From contig CM097885.1 of the NCBI GenBank assembly GCA_044892525.1, positions 50,098,001 to 50,162,000 on the forward strand: DNA of 64,000 nucleotides, read 5' to 3'. The translations under genes and the position numbers were made by a program. Origin of the DNA: Schmidtea polychroa. Taxonomy: Eukaryota. The notes below the pieces were generated by a model. That model had not been told where the DNA came from, did not search any database, and worked only from the letters and a program-made list of their open reading frames with translations. This document shows positions 24,591 to 62,741 of the stretch, in pieces (position 1 is the stretch's first letter; each line of letters starts with the position of its first letter).

Positions 24591-24843
24591 TGCCGGTTTT
24601 GGATGGATTTGGCAAACAAATCTTAAGAAAGCTAATTAACCCACTTCAATTCATCCAATCGAGGTATAACTTGGTGAATAGACTCAATGAGCATGACTAT
24701 GCTTTTTATAAAGTATCTGACTTTATAAAAAGCATAGTCATGCTCATTGAGTCTATTCACCAAGTTATACTTCGATCGGATGGATTGAAGTGGGTTAATT
24801 AGCTTTCTTAAGATTTGTTTGCCAAATCCATCCAAAACTGGCA
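24591..24843. repeat. 253-bp near-perfect palindrome (124-bp arms, 5-nt loop)
   Basis: Arms 24591-24714 and 24720-24843, 4 mismatches. Confidence 0.97.
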
Positions 24844-25650
24844 CACTCATGCACATAAACACATCGAAGTTGTATTTAATTCGCCCTAAATAGAAATTTT
24901 AAGGTTGTTAAAATTTTGAAAAAAAATCAATATGAATTGAAAAATGATCTCAAAACCGTAAGTTTTGGTATAAAAGGATTTTTACGAAAATTTGCATTTT
25001 AGTGGGATGATAATTTTCAATTTATTTTTTAATAAAATCAATTTTTAATAATTTTTTTTGATTAAAAATATTTTTATTTGTCAGACGTCAAATGCTTAGC
25101 CTTTTAGGTGCACAAAGAAAAAATAAAAATTATAACTTAGTGTCAACTATAAATCTCGAATGAGATGAATTTAGTGAAATGTGAACTTAGTATGATAAAA
25201 TGCAGTTATTCTTGAGTGAATAGAACCAAGGCAAAGATCCAGAAAATCGTTGAACATTCTACATTCTGACTCTGATTCTAACAGTTAAAAACAATTTCAA
25301 ATGCTTAATTTCATTGCCATGTTAAATAAAATTTTTTATTCAATAAATCAGTAGTTATACATTTTATTAAACTTCTAAGTTCACTTGATTTAAACCAGTG
25401 GCGGAACTTCAGAATTTGGGCTCCCCGCGCAATGTAAATATTTCTACTTAAATTTTTCGGTTAAAGTTTAATACATAGTTATTCACAGCAGCCCCTATTT
25501 AATGATAGTTTTATGTTTGCAGACAAATATAACTGCGGGAAAAAAGTTTCAGAAAATGATTGTAAATATTTTTTTAGTAATAATTTTGGGCCCCTTATAG
25601 CTGGTGGGCATAAATTCCTTTCATTCTGTATAAAAAAGTAATCAATAAAT

Positions 25651-25871
25651 CAGTGTTTCTCAGACGGCGTGCCGCGAGGTTGAGCCAGGTGTGACTCAAA
25701 CTTTTTTTTCCTAAAAAAATTAGTAATAAAAAAAATTTACAAAAGCTATATCAAGCTTTTTACTATGAAAAAGTCGCTTCTTTTTATATATCATTGGAAA
25801 ATCAAAAAATTTGTAAAATTTTTTGATTTTTCGGTAGGTGTGCGCAAACGAAAGAAGACTGAGAAACACTG
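25651..25871. mobile_element. hAT (Buster-type) MITE
   Basis: TIR CAGTGTTTCTCAG; TSD CAATAAAT/CAATAGAT. Confidence 0.85.
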
Positions 25872-26739
25872 CAATAGATAATTTTAGGTTGCATTCTATC
25901 TTATAAAATTATGATCTCTTGGTTTCGTACCAAATTCACTATTTTAATTAAAGAATTTTAAAATAGTACTAAATATCAAGATATTTTTTAAATTGTAAAT
26001 TTTGTTAGTATTGCAAAGCTTTATCTGTTAAGGCATATCAAAAAATCTTGGCTTTTATTATTACGTCATGCAATTAGATATTTGTCACATATAATACTTT
26101 GTGGTTTAAAGTCATAATTCATGAACATAAATAACCAGAAATTATTTCAGAACATGTTCTATAACTGTTACAAAAACAATAAAGTAAAAATAATTACAAA
26201 ATTTGACAAATCAGTTTCAAACCTCGATCCCAAATTTGAAATTAATTTTATATTTAATCAATCAATGACAATAATAAAACATTACAACAATAGCAACTAA
26301 CATAATGGGAAAAGATTTATTATTAAATAGTCTGAGAGAATAGATAAACCATGTGGCATATTTCAGAAACTAGTAAAAATAGAAATAATCGTTTAATTTA
26401 TTTCCATAACAATATTTTATCGAGAGCAGCATCGATGGAATATGTCCAGGAACTAACAGACAACAAGCTTGTCAATATCGAAACGACAATATAAATGATG
26501 CCAAATATTAACCACGCATTTCACCATTGAATAATATTTCAAATACAATGGAAACTAATGGGAAAAATATGATAACTAATCTGATGAAAACTATCTAAAT
26601 TTTTAATTAAAAAAAATATGGTTCCTAATTATCAATAAACATCGATATAAAAATAATATTAGTATTATAAGATAATAACAATTTGAAGATATATCAATTC
26701 TATAAAATATATTAATTTGTTATCTATAAGGGATAACTA

Positions 26740-51275
<24,536 letters not shown>

Positions 51276-51769
51276 CTAAATTTTGATAATTATATAAATA
51301 TATATTTCTAAATTCATATTTCTACTTTGAAAGTATTTATCAAAAATTTATATAATATAAATAAAATCTCGGGAGATCCAATAAAGTCCGGTGGGACTAG
51401 ATCAATGTATTTAAGATGAAATTCTTGATTCTAGTCTTTCTATTTGATTTATTCATTAAAGTGTCACTTATTATAAATTACTCCAAAGACCAATATATAA
51501 TTCTTTTGGAAACGGAGCTTCATCTATGTTTGACTTTAATATTTAAAATGAGCAATTTTTAGATATTTATTCATTAAAATATCTACAAATTTTGTTGTTA
51601 AAGTATTTTATATTATTTTTATAAATTTCTAAGTTCAGTTTCAGACATTGAGCAAATGTCAATTGTTTCATTTCATATAATATAATTTAATATAATATAA
51701 TGTATAAATTTTAAAAAATGAATATTTTAAACCGGTTTTTTTTATTTAAAAATATGATAATAAAAAATA

Positions 51770-52150
51770 TTTTTAGTTGTGAGATTTTTTTATTAATTTA
51801 AATTTTAAAAAAAATAAAAAGAGTCTAAGACAAATAACATAAAAGAAACAATTCATATAAAAATTATAAAATAAACAAAAATACCGGTGATTATAACAAA
51901 AACTGTCTTTAAATTCAAATAATTTTTGAGGAAAATAAAAGTGTTTAAGAAATGTGGGAAATGTACTTTCGCTTTCAGTAAAAGTTGGTTTCACAGTCAT
52001 TATAGTATCGAAAACCAGTTGTAAATATTTTGTTCTTTTATCTGTCATTTCAAATAGATTAAATTTCTTTTATAAATCTATTTCAGAAGAGTGACTTTTT
52101 CCTTTCGATTCGCTTTTTCATTTAATGTATTTTCAATAGTTAAATTTAAT
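51770..52150 (-). pseudogene. hAT dimerisation-domain remnant
   Basis: IMTVKPTFTESESTF. Confidence 0.55.
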
Positions 52151-52435
52151 TTATCACTAAATTATAGAGATGTTGTTGATGATATTGGATCTAAAGTTCA
52201 AGTGGTAGAAGTGTTTAGTATAGAGTTCTCGTCTTTTATAAGCAATAAATCACGTAGGTCCTCTTAAGAATTTTAACTTTTGGAAAAAAAGTCTTTGATA
52301 AAGAGCTCGTGAATAATTAATTATTTCACTTTTACGTAAATAATTAAAAAAAGTTATGTGTTACATTTGGGATTTTTGGGATTTTGAAGATTTATAGTTT
52401 ATAGAACTTTATAGAAGAATTAAAGTTCTTATTTC

Positions 52436-53990
52436 TAGTGCATCCAATACCGGTAGTACCGGACTTTTTTCAGGTACCGAAAAACCGGTATTTCTGCTAA
52501 AAATTTAAATTCAACAGTAAGAGTAATATTAAATAATATATTAATACTCAAAATGAAAAAAATGGTCCACTGCTTTCATGTGCAGTTTTTCCTTCAAATC
52601 GTTATGACTGTAAATTCGAATACGGAAAACTGAACGTTGCCAACTGTCAAAAAAAAACCACCCATCATATCTCAGAAAGTATTCAAAGAGTTGAACACCG
52701 GCGCAAAAGTAGACGAAAATTCTGTATAGTTTTATTTTCTGCGTGATAAAGAAAATCAACTTGCAAAGTGTAAGAAATGCGACAAAGAGATAAAATCACA
52801 TAGTGGCAGTACCAGTGGACTCCATATACATCTAAGAACAAAACATGAAATCAACTTGCTAAAAGAGAAAATCGATCCACGATGCAGCATTGTCATCGGC
52901 TCCGTTGGCCAAAAAACCCAAACCTCTGATCACCGATTTCTTCCAAAATACAACATGACGAGTCGTTGACTGCAGCTTTTTCAAGAATGACAGCCCTTGA
53001 CGGAATGCCCTTAAGTGTATTTGTTACATCAGCTGAACTGAGAATATCGCTAGAAGCTCGTGGGTTTATTGTTCCGAAACCAGCGAACACGATTCGAAAT
53101 ATGGTAGTCAAATACGCAAACACAATCAGAGAGACATTCATATCTAAAATCACTCTTCTCCGATCGCAAGAGATGCGATTCAGTCTGACATTTGATGAGT
53201 GGACGTCAATAAAAATCGCAGATATTTAAATTTAAACGTTCACATCGAGGACGACTCTTGGAGCATTGGATTAGCTAGACTTGTTAACTGCCTTCTGAAA
53301 AAGGCATTGAGCTAGTTCAAAAAGTGTTGACGCAGTTTATGCTGAATTACGATGAAGACATTGTGTATATTACTACTGACGGAGCTTCCGTAATGCAAAA
53401 AATGGGACGTTTGAGTAATTGTGATCAACAGTTTTGCATTGTGCATGGCATTCAACTGGGTGTTCAAGACGTTTTGTACAAAAAACCGTCAATTTCTGCC
53501 AAAACAATCTTGAAGGAAATCTACAAAGACGACAATAGCAGTGAAAGTGATGATGACAATGACGAAGATACGACAATTGACGTTGGTGAAAACATAACCA
53601 ATGATGACGAAGAAGACTTTTCCGACGGGTTTCAAGTTGTGATGAGTGAGAAGGACGAAACTATTGAACTAACTGATGATTTACATTCGTTAATCGCTAA
53701 GGTGCGCACCGTTGTGAAATTATTACGCGAGGTCCTACAAAAAAATGATCAATCGCTTGAAAAATACACAGTAGATGAATTTGGTAAAGCCCTACCACTA
53801 ATACTCGACTACAAAAGTCTTTGGAGTAGCTTGCACACAATGCTCGAACGTTTCATAAAATTGAAAAACTGCATTCGCAAGTCACTGATTGACCTTGAGT
53901 CCAAAATAGAGATAACTGATAACGAATTCGACACAATTTTAGCTGTTTTGGCATGTCTATTTTCGTCTATTTTATCAATGGTTTTTTAAT
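52436..53990 (+). pseudogene. BED-finger hAT element, 5' part
   Basis: Starts TAGTG with ACCGGT subterminal motifs; AKCKKC..GSTSGLHIHL..H; TFDEWTS; TTDGASVM; CIVHGIQL. Confidence 0.8.
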
Positions 53991-55792
53991 TGTTCAATCA
54001 TTTTTTTACTAATATCTGATTACAGTTCACAGAGATCATTGAATAAAAATAAAACTATTGCTTCAGTAGATATAATTGTGGGACTTTTTTACGTAGTAGC
54101 CTCTTGTTTCTTTCAATTGTAGATTTTGTTTTTACACTATGTTACACTGCCACTCATATGATGTTTTATATTAAAAATATATTGAAACAAACAATTATTT
54201 CACCATATTAATATGAATAACACTCAGTAGGAAGGTGAAGAAACACTTCATTTCATGATATTATTAGTAACCGATCATACTAATGTTCAATAATTATATT
54301 CAGTATTAAAATCTCAATAAAAGTACACTATCTCAATAACAATCTTCACTTATCAGTAGAAATTACTTGATTCATTGAAACTGTAATAAGTTGAATGTAA
54401 TTAAAATCTTATATAATATTCAGAATTCAGAATATTATCAAATTTATTCAATAATTATTTGCACTTTAAAATAAACTTTGTTTTCAATAATATCTGTAAA
54501 TCAAACTCGATAAGTCTAAAAGTCTAGATTTGAAAAACGTCAATTACCGATTCTCATTCATGTCAAACGATCTACATGGCAAAATAGTGAATATAAAATT
54601 CTGACGTCATTCCATCAAAATGAATACTTAAAACCCATTTTGTAGATTATTTTGATAAAAATTTCTATATAGATAGGTAAAATATTCAAATAGACGTTAA
54701 TAAGTGATCATTAAGTAATTAAAAATTTTCTTCAATTTTGTTGAGCACATTTGCTAAATCAGTTTTTATCAAATATAAATTAGGCAAATCATAATTCTAT
54801 ACGAATTTTTATACAATTTAAAAAGTTAAATTGGAATTTTCATAGAAATATAAAGTTAACTATTTCACACTCTATAACAAGGATACTAGAAAAATACCGA
54901 AGCCTGGCATCAATTTCTTATTTTCATTTATATATTTTATTTTATAATTGCAGAAATGATAGTTATAATCATTTTTACAAACTTTTCATTTCATTAGGGT
55001 AAAAATTGTAAAAGGTCATCAATATTATATAAAAACGAGTATGAAACTTCGACTGTTAAATAATAATTAATTAGTTGAAGTTTAAGTAAATTTAAAGTTC
55101 TCGTAGTCAACCGGTTAAATAATAAATAATACATTATGTATGATTAAAATATTCTAACAATTATGAATAAATCATATCAAAAATCTTTGTGTATTTAGGA
55201 TATCTTTGGAAAAGTAAACAAAAACAGTGACAAAGTTGACGTGTGTTAAGATTTGCATAAAGACTATCTCATTGAAATATTAATTATAAAATCTCCTAAG
55301 AGACAGTAACAAATATAAACATAATAGTTAGCATTCAAAGTTAATTACTTTTTAGCTAAAGGCCAACTTATATTTGAAACTTAAAGAGTAATTACCTGGC
55401 TTGCCATTCTATGTAATTGCGTTTATTATAAGATTTAAGACTTTATTTGAAAATGGAAAAAATCACTCGATCTTTCTAATATATAGATATGATAATAAAC
55501 ACGTTTTGTTTGATATTTTCAAAATATTCATAAACCTCTGGGAAAGTCATTTAATAACAATAGATGCAATATGCATATTTCAACCCTAGTCAAACTTTTT
55601 GTAAACTTCAATTATGTCATTATTATTCATATTTAAATCAATAAAGAGAGAAAATCCTAAATTTTACCGGTTAACAAAGTATGTACTTTTTATGTATTTT
55701 TCTGTATTGACATAGCTGTTCAGAATTTTTAAAACTTTGTCTAATTAATTAATTACACATACATGTCAGAATGTCCAAAACACATCATTATC

Positions 55793-56540
55793 AGTAGAGA
55801 GAAGTGTGCTCCATGACTCATCGTTTTTTGTCATTTTTTTGCACTACCCCCCCCCGATGACTCAGCGCAAAACAAAGACATATGACTCATCGATGACTCA
55901 TCCATAGGAACAGCGGTAACTGGGTCAAGGTTATATGACTCATCCATAGCAACCGTGGTAACCACGGTAACTAGGTCAAGGTCATTCTATTTTTAGTAAC
56001 TAGGTCAAGGTCATCCTATTTTTAGTAACAATGTCACGTGACGTCATCGATGACTCATCAAGGCCAATCTATTTTTAGTAACTATGTCAAGGTCATTCTA
56101 TTTTTAGTAACTAGGTCAAGGTCATTCTATTTTTAGTAACAAGGTCATATGACTCATCATTTTTGGAACAAAGCCAACTGACTCATTATTAAAGTATGTA
56201 TGACTCATCATTTTTTAAACAAAGATATATTTAATATTTAAATAAATACATTTAAACAAATATTTAAATAAATACATTTAAACAAAAATTTAAATAAATA
56301 CATTTAAACAAATATTTAAATAAATACATTTAAACAAATATTTAAACAAAGACATTTAATCAAATATTTAAGTACATTTAAACAAAGACATATAGACAAA
56401 GACTCATCGATGACTCGTAGTTTAGATAGGGGGTTTCTTTTTTTTTGCATACCCCCCCCCCTTGTATGACTCATCGATGACTTTTTTGAACAAAGACCAA
56501 TCATTTATTTTTAAAAGAAAGACTCATCACACGACTCTAA
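55793..56540. promoter_or_regulatory. Probable TIR with an enhancer-like motif array
   Basis: 10 TGACTCA; one TGACGTCA; four 29-bp units GTAACTAGGTCAAGGTCATTCTATTTTTA; 26-bp AT-rich tandem repeats at ~56235-56350. Confidence 0.7.
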
Positions 56541-56636
56541 TTTTTAGAAGACTTCTTTTTTGGTAAACCAAAATTTATTGTATGTCGCTACAGAATAATA
56601 ATAATAATAACAGTAATAATAATAATAATAATAACA

Positions 56637-56699
<63 letters not shown>

Positions 56700-57066
56700 T
56701 TAATAATAATAATAATAAAAACATACCCATTTCTTCATAAAAAAGTTTGTTTTCATAAAATTTATTTCATAAATCATATAATTTGTTTTCATAAAAACTG
56801 GTTTCATAAAAAAAAAAAATAAAAATTAATCATAAAAAAAAATTTCATTATAAAAAAATTTAAATCATAAAAAAATAATAATTACCTCATTTGAAAAGAT
56901 GTACAAAGTATCGATAACATCTAACCAATCAGAATTGGATATTATCGATGCTTTGTTCTCTGAATATGACTCATCGATGAGTCATTGTTACTAACTGAGT
57001 AATTTCTACTCACATAAAGACATGCAATACAAGTGCAATACAAGTGCATGAAATGTCTTTATGTAA

Positions 57067-57128
<62 letters not shown>

Positions 57129-57131
57129 TAA

Positions 57132-57213
<82 letters not shown>

Positions 57214-57387
57214 CTTAGAAAAATAGTAATCAACAAAATATATTTAAATTACAAATTTACAATTTTACATTGTCATTTTTACAAATGTCTGTTGCATTGA
57301 TTGTTTCTTACAATCTTGGCTTCATTGACAACTATTAATAATAAAAAATAATAATTATAATAATAATTATTATTATTACCGAAATGA

Positions 57388-60300
57388 TCAGTAATCTTCT
57401 CCGTCAAAATTGTCGTCATCATCATATATAAAAGTGTCCCCTATCCGATAATGCCCATATGCCAAACTCTTGTTTTTCGATTTCCAATACCGCTTGTCAT
57501 CTCTATTTGTCAGCGCCTTCTTAATGTTTTTTATGCTGTACAATTGATGATTTTTGGATGCAATGCGGAATTGTGGCACAGAGTAAACCTTATTGTTAAA
57601 ATAACAATCACGATAGGAATTGTGATCTAAGCCAGTATCTTTCAACGTGACAGATTTTGCTTTAAGAGTTTCTTTATCACCTAATAAGCTGTAACACTTG
57701 GGACGAAGAAACACCCACTCCTTATATCTCAATCCTTTATTCTCGTCTTTGAATTTTCCAATGACGGAATCTAGTGCTCTACTATATAAAGGATGTTGTG
57801 GGTTATAATTAGATGTGTCAAGCAAGGAGTCACGAATCATGGCAGGTAAGAGAATGTCAAGACTACAATTTTTAATTTCCAAAAAGAAAGAGTCTGTATC
57901 ACTAGCTACTATATTAATTTGACAGTTAAACTCATCGCGATATTTTTGAAATTCATTATACTGCAACTGATACATTCTCAGTTTAGAAAGATCAAGTACA
58001 GTTTGCCCGATGTAGCTGGGCCTATCTAAACATACAGACTCTTTCATAAGCAAAACCGAAATCAAATCATCGTCTATCCTAGTAGATTTCTTAAATGCCG
58101 GTTTTGAGGCATATGTGATAAGTTTTTGTGCGGAATTGCACAGTCGTAAGTTAATACGTTTTTTCAAGTTCTCAACAGTTTTTCCATACAAACTGTTATT
58201 GAGCAACTTGTAATAGTCTTTATCGAGCGGTGTTATGGATGCGGCTCGTAGTTGTGTGTTGGTATCTATGTATTTCTTGAAGACAGTGCTTTGTGTATAC
58301 CTAATAGCCCTATGTACCTTGGTAACAACAACACCTAATTGAAGAAAGATTTGGAGAAGTCGCCAATGTAAAACATAGTGTGTTTTCGGATCGTGTGTAA
58401 GTAGCAACTTCTCCACTTTAGAAAAAGGTGGGCACATCTTACCAGGAGCTACCGGAAAATCATCTAGTTTGTCATGGATAGATTTCGGTATTTTTAAATC
58501 TACTTCTATAGTATAGCCATAATCAAGTTGATTTAAATCTTCCGTTGTGCACTCAATTAATAATCTCTCTAAAGCAATGTCATCAGTCACCCATTCAAAA
58601 CCACCGTCGGGAAGCTTTTGTGATAAAGCCCATCCATACAGGTTGTTGATGTCAATATACAACAACTCTGTATTTTCATCACTACTAACAAAATGTTTAT
58701 TCACAAACGTTATCCCACCTCTAATCCCACCTTCAAAGAAATTATACATTTCCATGTCGGTGAGAAGCTCAATCGGTTTATCAAGACTTAACAAAGCAGA
58801 ACTCCAAGAAAGACTGGGGATACCTAGGAAATTCAAAGGCTCAAGCCTATTATGAGCAATACTCTTAGCTCGGAATTGCTGAAAAAAGTCAGCCAACAGA
58901 AATACATCTAATTTCAAATAGACCATCATATAATCCAAAAGGGAATTACATGATGTCTCTTGCCAGATTAGTTTTGCTTTATTGTATTCATCATCGGATA
59001 CATCACTCCATTTAGGGGGCAATTCTAATGTAGAAATTAATACATCAAGGGAAGTTGCTACATCATAAGGGAAAATCCCTTTACTCTTAATAATAGACCC
59101 TCTAAACTCAGATTCTGTCAAAGGTAATGTGTTAAGGGTTGAGACAGCATTTTTCAAAGACGAATTTACAAACTGACAAGAATCTATAAATTTCACAGTC
59201 AGGGAATCAATATGCACAAAAAGAGATAAAAATTTTTCACTTGTCACCGGTATACAAGAAATATGCCAGGACTTATATTTAGCCAAGCCAAATTTGAGGA
59301 TATGATGGAGATCATACCCTCTCAAATTATGAAAGACTACAGGTAGTGTGTGGTATATTTTCCTGGAAAGATTAAAAGTGTTGCAAGCAGCACCAAGGAA
59401 TTGACCGGTAAAGTGATCATGATCCCTGACTGGTTTAACTAATAATTTTTTACACAAATGACAGTTTGTGCTGTTATTAAAATTAATTTGGTCATTTTCT
59501 GTGAATATCATTTTCTTATTTTTATTTTTATAATAATAGGGAGTTACAATCTTTTTAGCGATATCATTAATTTCTTTTAAAAATTCGTCTATACAAGAAA
59601 GGCCTATGAATGATTTATAAAATTTTGCGCCTGTATTATTATTTATACATAAAAGTCCAGCCGAAATGGGTAAATGTTTCTGATAATATTTAGAATCTTT
59701 AGGAAGGATTGCCTCAAAATCGGCATAAATAACAAAAGGAGGAGTAATCATTTTACTATAGTCTGTGAATTCTAATAATGGATCTTTTGGTAGTGTGTAC
59801 ATTGTGGTTCCTAATTGGTTTCGTTCACAAAGACCTTGATGTTTAATAAAACTATCTTCAAATCTGAATCCATTCAGACATCTAGGACACCACTTACAGT
59901 AAATACGAACAGAACTTATTGATGAATTTCGGCAATTAAGAAAGATGTTTAAATCAGATATAGCGACGTAATGGTAGGTTTTCCGATTCTGTAATAATAA
60001 CAAATTTAGACAAGTACCTCCTACTACTTTACTGCGATAAATTATATCTATAAAAGGATGTTTCATGATGGGACCCGAAATTAACCCAGTTTCGTCATAA
60101 CTTAAAACATTAATTGAATAACCTGGGTTTTGTCGTTCAAATTTTGAGATATTTGATAATTTCATTGGCATATCTGCCGGGTTATATATCAGATCTGAAA
60201 GGTTATAAGAACTAGGCAGATGACGCAATTCATCAGGAGTACTATCATATTTTATAAGAGCCAAAACCGAGTAAAGGAAACAAAATTCGTCATCATTATT

Positions 60301-61971
60301 TACATTTATTATACATTTTTTCCTGATTAATGTTTTCGGGGTTTCAATATATTTACGACCACTCAACCTACTAATCTTTGAATATTTTGTCACAATAAAA
60401 CTAATGTATTCTATTTTGTTAATGGTCCAATTACTTCCCTTTTCATTTATTTTACTAATTTTTTCATTTAAAAGAGAGATACCATCATCAATAAATGTGT
60501 CGCTCCATACACGAGCAGAGTTTGAGATTATGAAAGACTGAAATTCATCATTTTTCTCAAACTCTACTTTAATACAAAATTGAATTTTTACTGATTTCAT
60601 TTTATTTACAATTTCTAACAATTTTTCTATGAGAACGTCAGGAACAGAAAGAATTTTACAATTCAAGGAAGATATATCCAACTTAACTATTACATGGGAA
60701 CTATTCAGGTCGGAAACTACGTCGACTATACCACTACCTACTTGGGGTACAACATCACTATTTTCAAATTCACTATTTTCAAATTCACTATTTTCAAATT
60801 CACTATTTATAACTTCACTATTTATAACTTCACTATTTACAACTTCACTATTTACAACTTCATTACTTACAACATCATCGTCGTCTTCACTAATGACTAT
60901 TATTTCTTTCATCTTTTTTGTGGGAATTTCTGTGGGAATTTCTAAATGTCTTTTATTACCTATTATTCCTATTAATCTATTGACTGTTTCCATTAATTGT
61001 CGATTTTGTATCAACATGGCATTAATCATACTTTTGTTGGTGGTCCTATTATTGATTTTTGTTGATGTTTCCATTAATTGTCGATTTTGTAAGTTTTCGG
61101 TGTTCCTATTTTTAGTTGATGATATATATTTTTGATACGCAATTTTGAAAACTGATTTTTTAGAAGGCATATATTGGGTTAAATGATTACGATGTTTATC
61201 ATAAAATTCGGTATATGTCGATGTTTCAAGAGTTTGGCATGTAGGACATAACAAGTATGTTACACTTTTATATTCATGACCATAATATTTTTCCATAATA
61301 TCGTCACAGTCATGATGTGTAGCACTGTTACAAAAGGTTGGATATTTATAACCTATAAAATAAGTAAAATAGTATTATTATCAAAATTATTATTATTATT
61401 ATTATCAAAATTATTATTATTTATTATTACTATATAATCTGAGTTTATACGACAAAATATTCTGTCCCTCCCTTGCTCATAAGTGTATTATATTTAAATT
61501 TATTTTAATTAAATAAAAACATATTCATTTTCTTTATAAAAATTAATTTCATTATTTGTTTCATAACAAAATTGACTTCATACATTTTCTTTATAACAAA
61601 ATTGACTTCATATTAATTTAAAAAATCATAATAATTTAAAGTAAATTAATTTAAAAATCATAATAATTTAAAGCATATTAATTTTAAAATTTTAAAAAAC
61701 CTACATTTAGGTTTCTTGCACGCGAGATTGTGTACAGCATTATTTACTAAAAAATCATAATAATAATAATAATTTAAAAATTAAATTTACCATAATTTCC
61801 GGAAACATTATTTTCAATTCCATTACTTGCTGAAAAATTATAAGTTCCCGAAACATTATTTTCATTAATGTAGACTAAAATATAAATAAAAATAAAAACA
61901 TATTAAAAAAAAAAATTACCCATACGATTTCTTCGAATCATTTCCTTGATTTCATTTGAAATATTTTGCAT
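57388..61971 (-). CDS. Protein-primed DNA polymerase B, virus B (1302-aa ORF plus predicted spliced 5' exons)
   Basis: Exo YADFE, HNLRGYD, YLKLDV; EndoVII-like VRDHDHFTG; pol YIDINNLYGWA, KLLNNSLYGK, SDTDS, DDKR. Main ORF uninterrupted. Confidence 0.95.
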
Positions 61972-62008
61972 TTTGAATAAATGAAAAAGAATTACAAAAA
62001 CATAGATT

Positions 62009-62111
62009 ATATATGTAACGTTTATCCAATCAAAATGCAGATAGGATAGAAAAAATTAACGCACACATATTCATGTCTTTGTTTAAAAAAGAATGAGTCA
62101 TCGATGACTCA
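62009..62111 (-). promoter_or_regulatory. Putative PolB promoter
   Basis: Paired AP-1 sites 62094-62111, CCAAT ~62026, TATATA ~62009-14, about 40 bp before ATG 61971. Confidence 0.5.
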
Positions 62112-62205
62112 CATAGTAACAAATAATGTCTTTGTTACTCACATAAAGACATGCAATACAAGTGCATGAAATTTGTTGATATGAATAATAAAATTAATTA
62201 ATAAT

Positions 62206-62289
<84 letters not shown>

Positions 62290-62311
62290 CTTTTGACATT
62301 TAATACATTTA

Positions 62312-62696
62312 TTAAACAAAATTATACATTGATAACAACCATGCAAGGCAATGTTGGCCACAAGTAATTGAAAATGGATTTTGATACCGAGTTCGATTAT
62401 ATACAATAGGTTTACCAATAGTTTGCAATTTACTAATTAATAAATTTGGGTAATAATATCCAAAGGGATCGAATGCATATACTCGGTTTGGTTTCACATA
62501 TACAGCAATCCAATGTTCACCTCCTAAACTAGATGTATGAGTATTGACGATTATGGCTTGATTATTTCTCAAATATGGAATTTTATCCAGTGGATAAACT
62601 CCAAGAAATTCGTTTCCCAATAATTGAGTACCAATTCGAGACACCTGAATAGAACTAATCAATAAGTTAAATTATAAAATAAAAATCTTACTCCAT
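62312..62696 (-). CDS. Adenain-like protease, virus B
   Basis: IVNTHTSSLGGEHWIA, FDPFG, YQ..TCGQHC; the ATG is reached via a 37-nt GT-AG intron. Confidence 0.88.
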
Positions 62697-62741
62697 AAAA
62701 AACTTTAATCTTTTAAATTTCTTCATTTATACTAGTACAGT

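Noticed and set aside
24527..24862. Two similar ORFs on opposite strands
   Set aside because: A by-product of the palindrome.
55967..56136. CRISPR-like array
   Set aside because: The repeats are tandem without unique spacers, there are no cas genes, and the context is eukaryotic.
56540..56920. Possible tiny spliced minus-strand gene after the second AP-1/CCAAT module
   Set aside because: Donor- and acceptor-like sites exist but give only a ~17-aa peptide through a speculative micro-exon.
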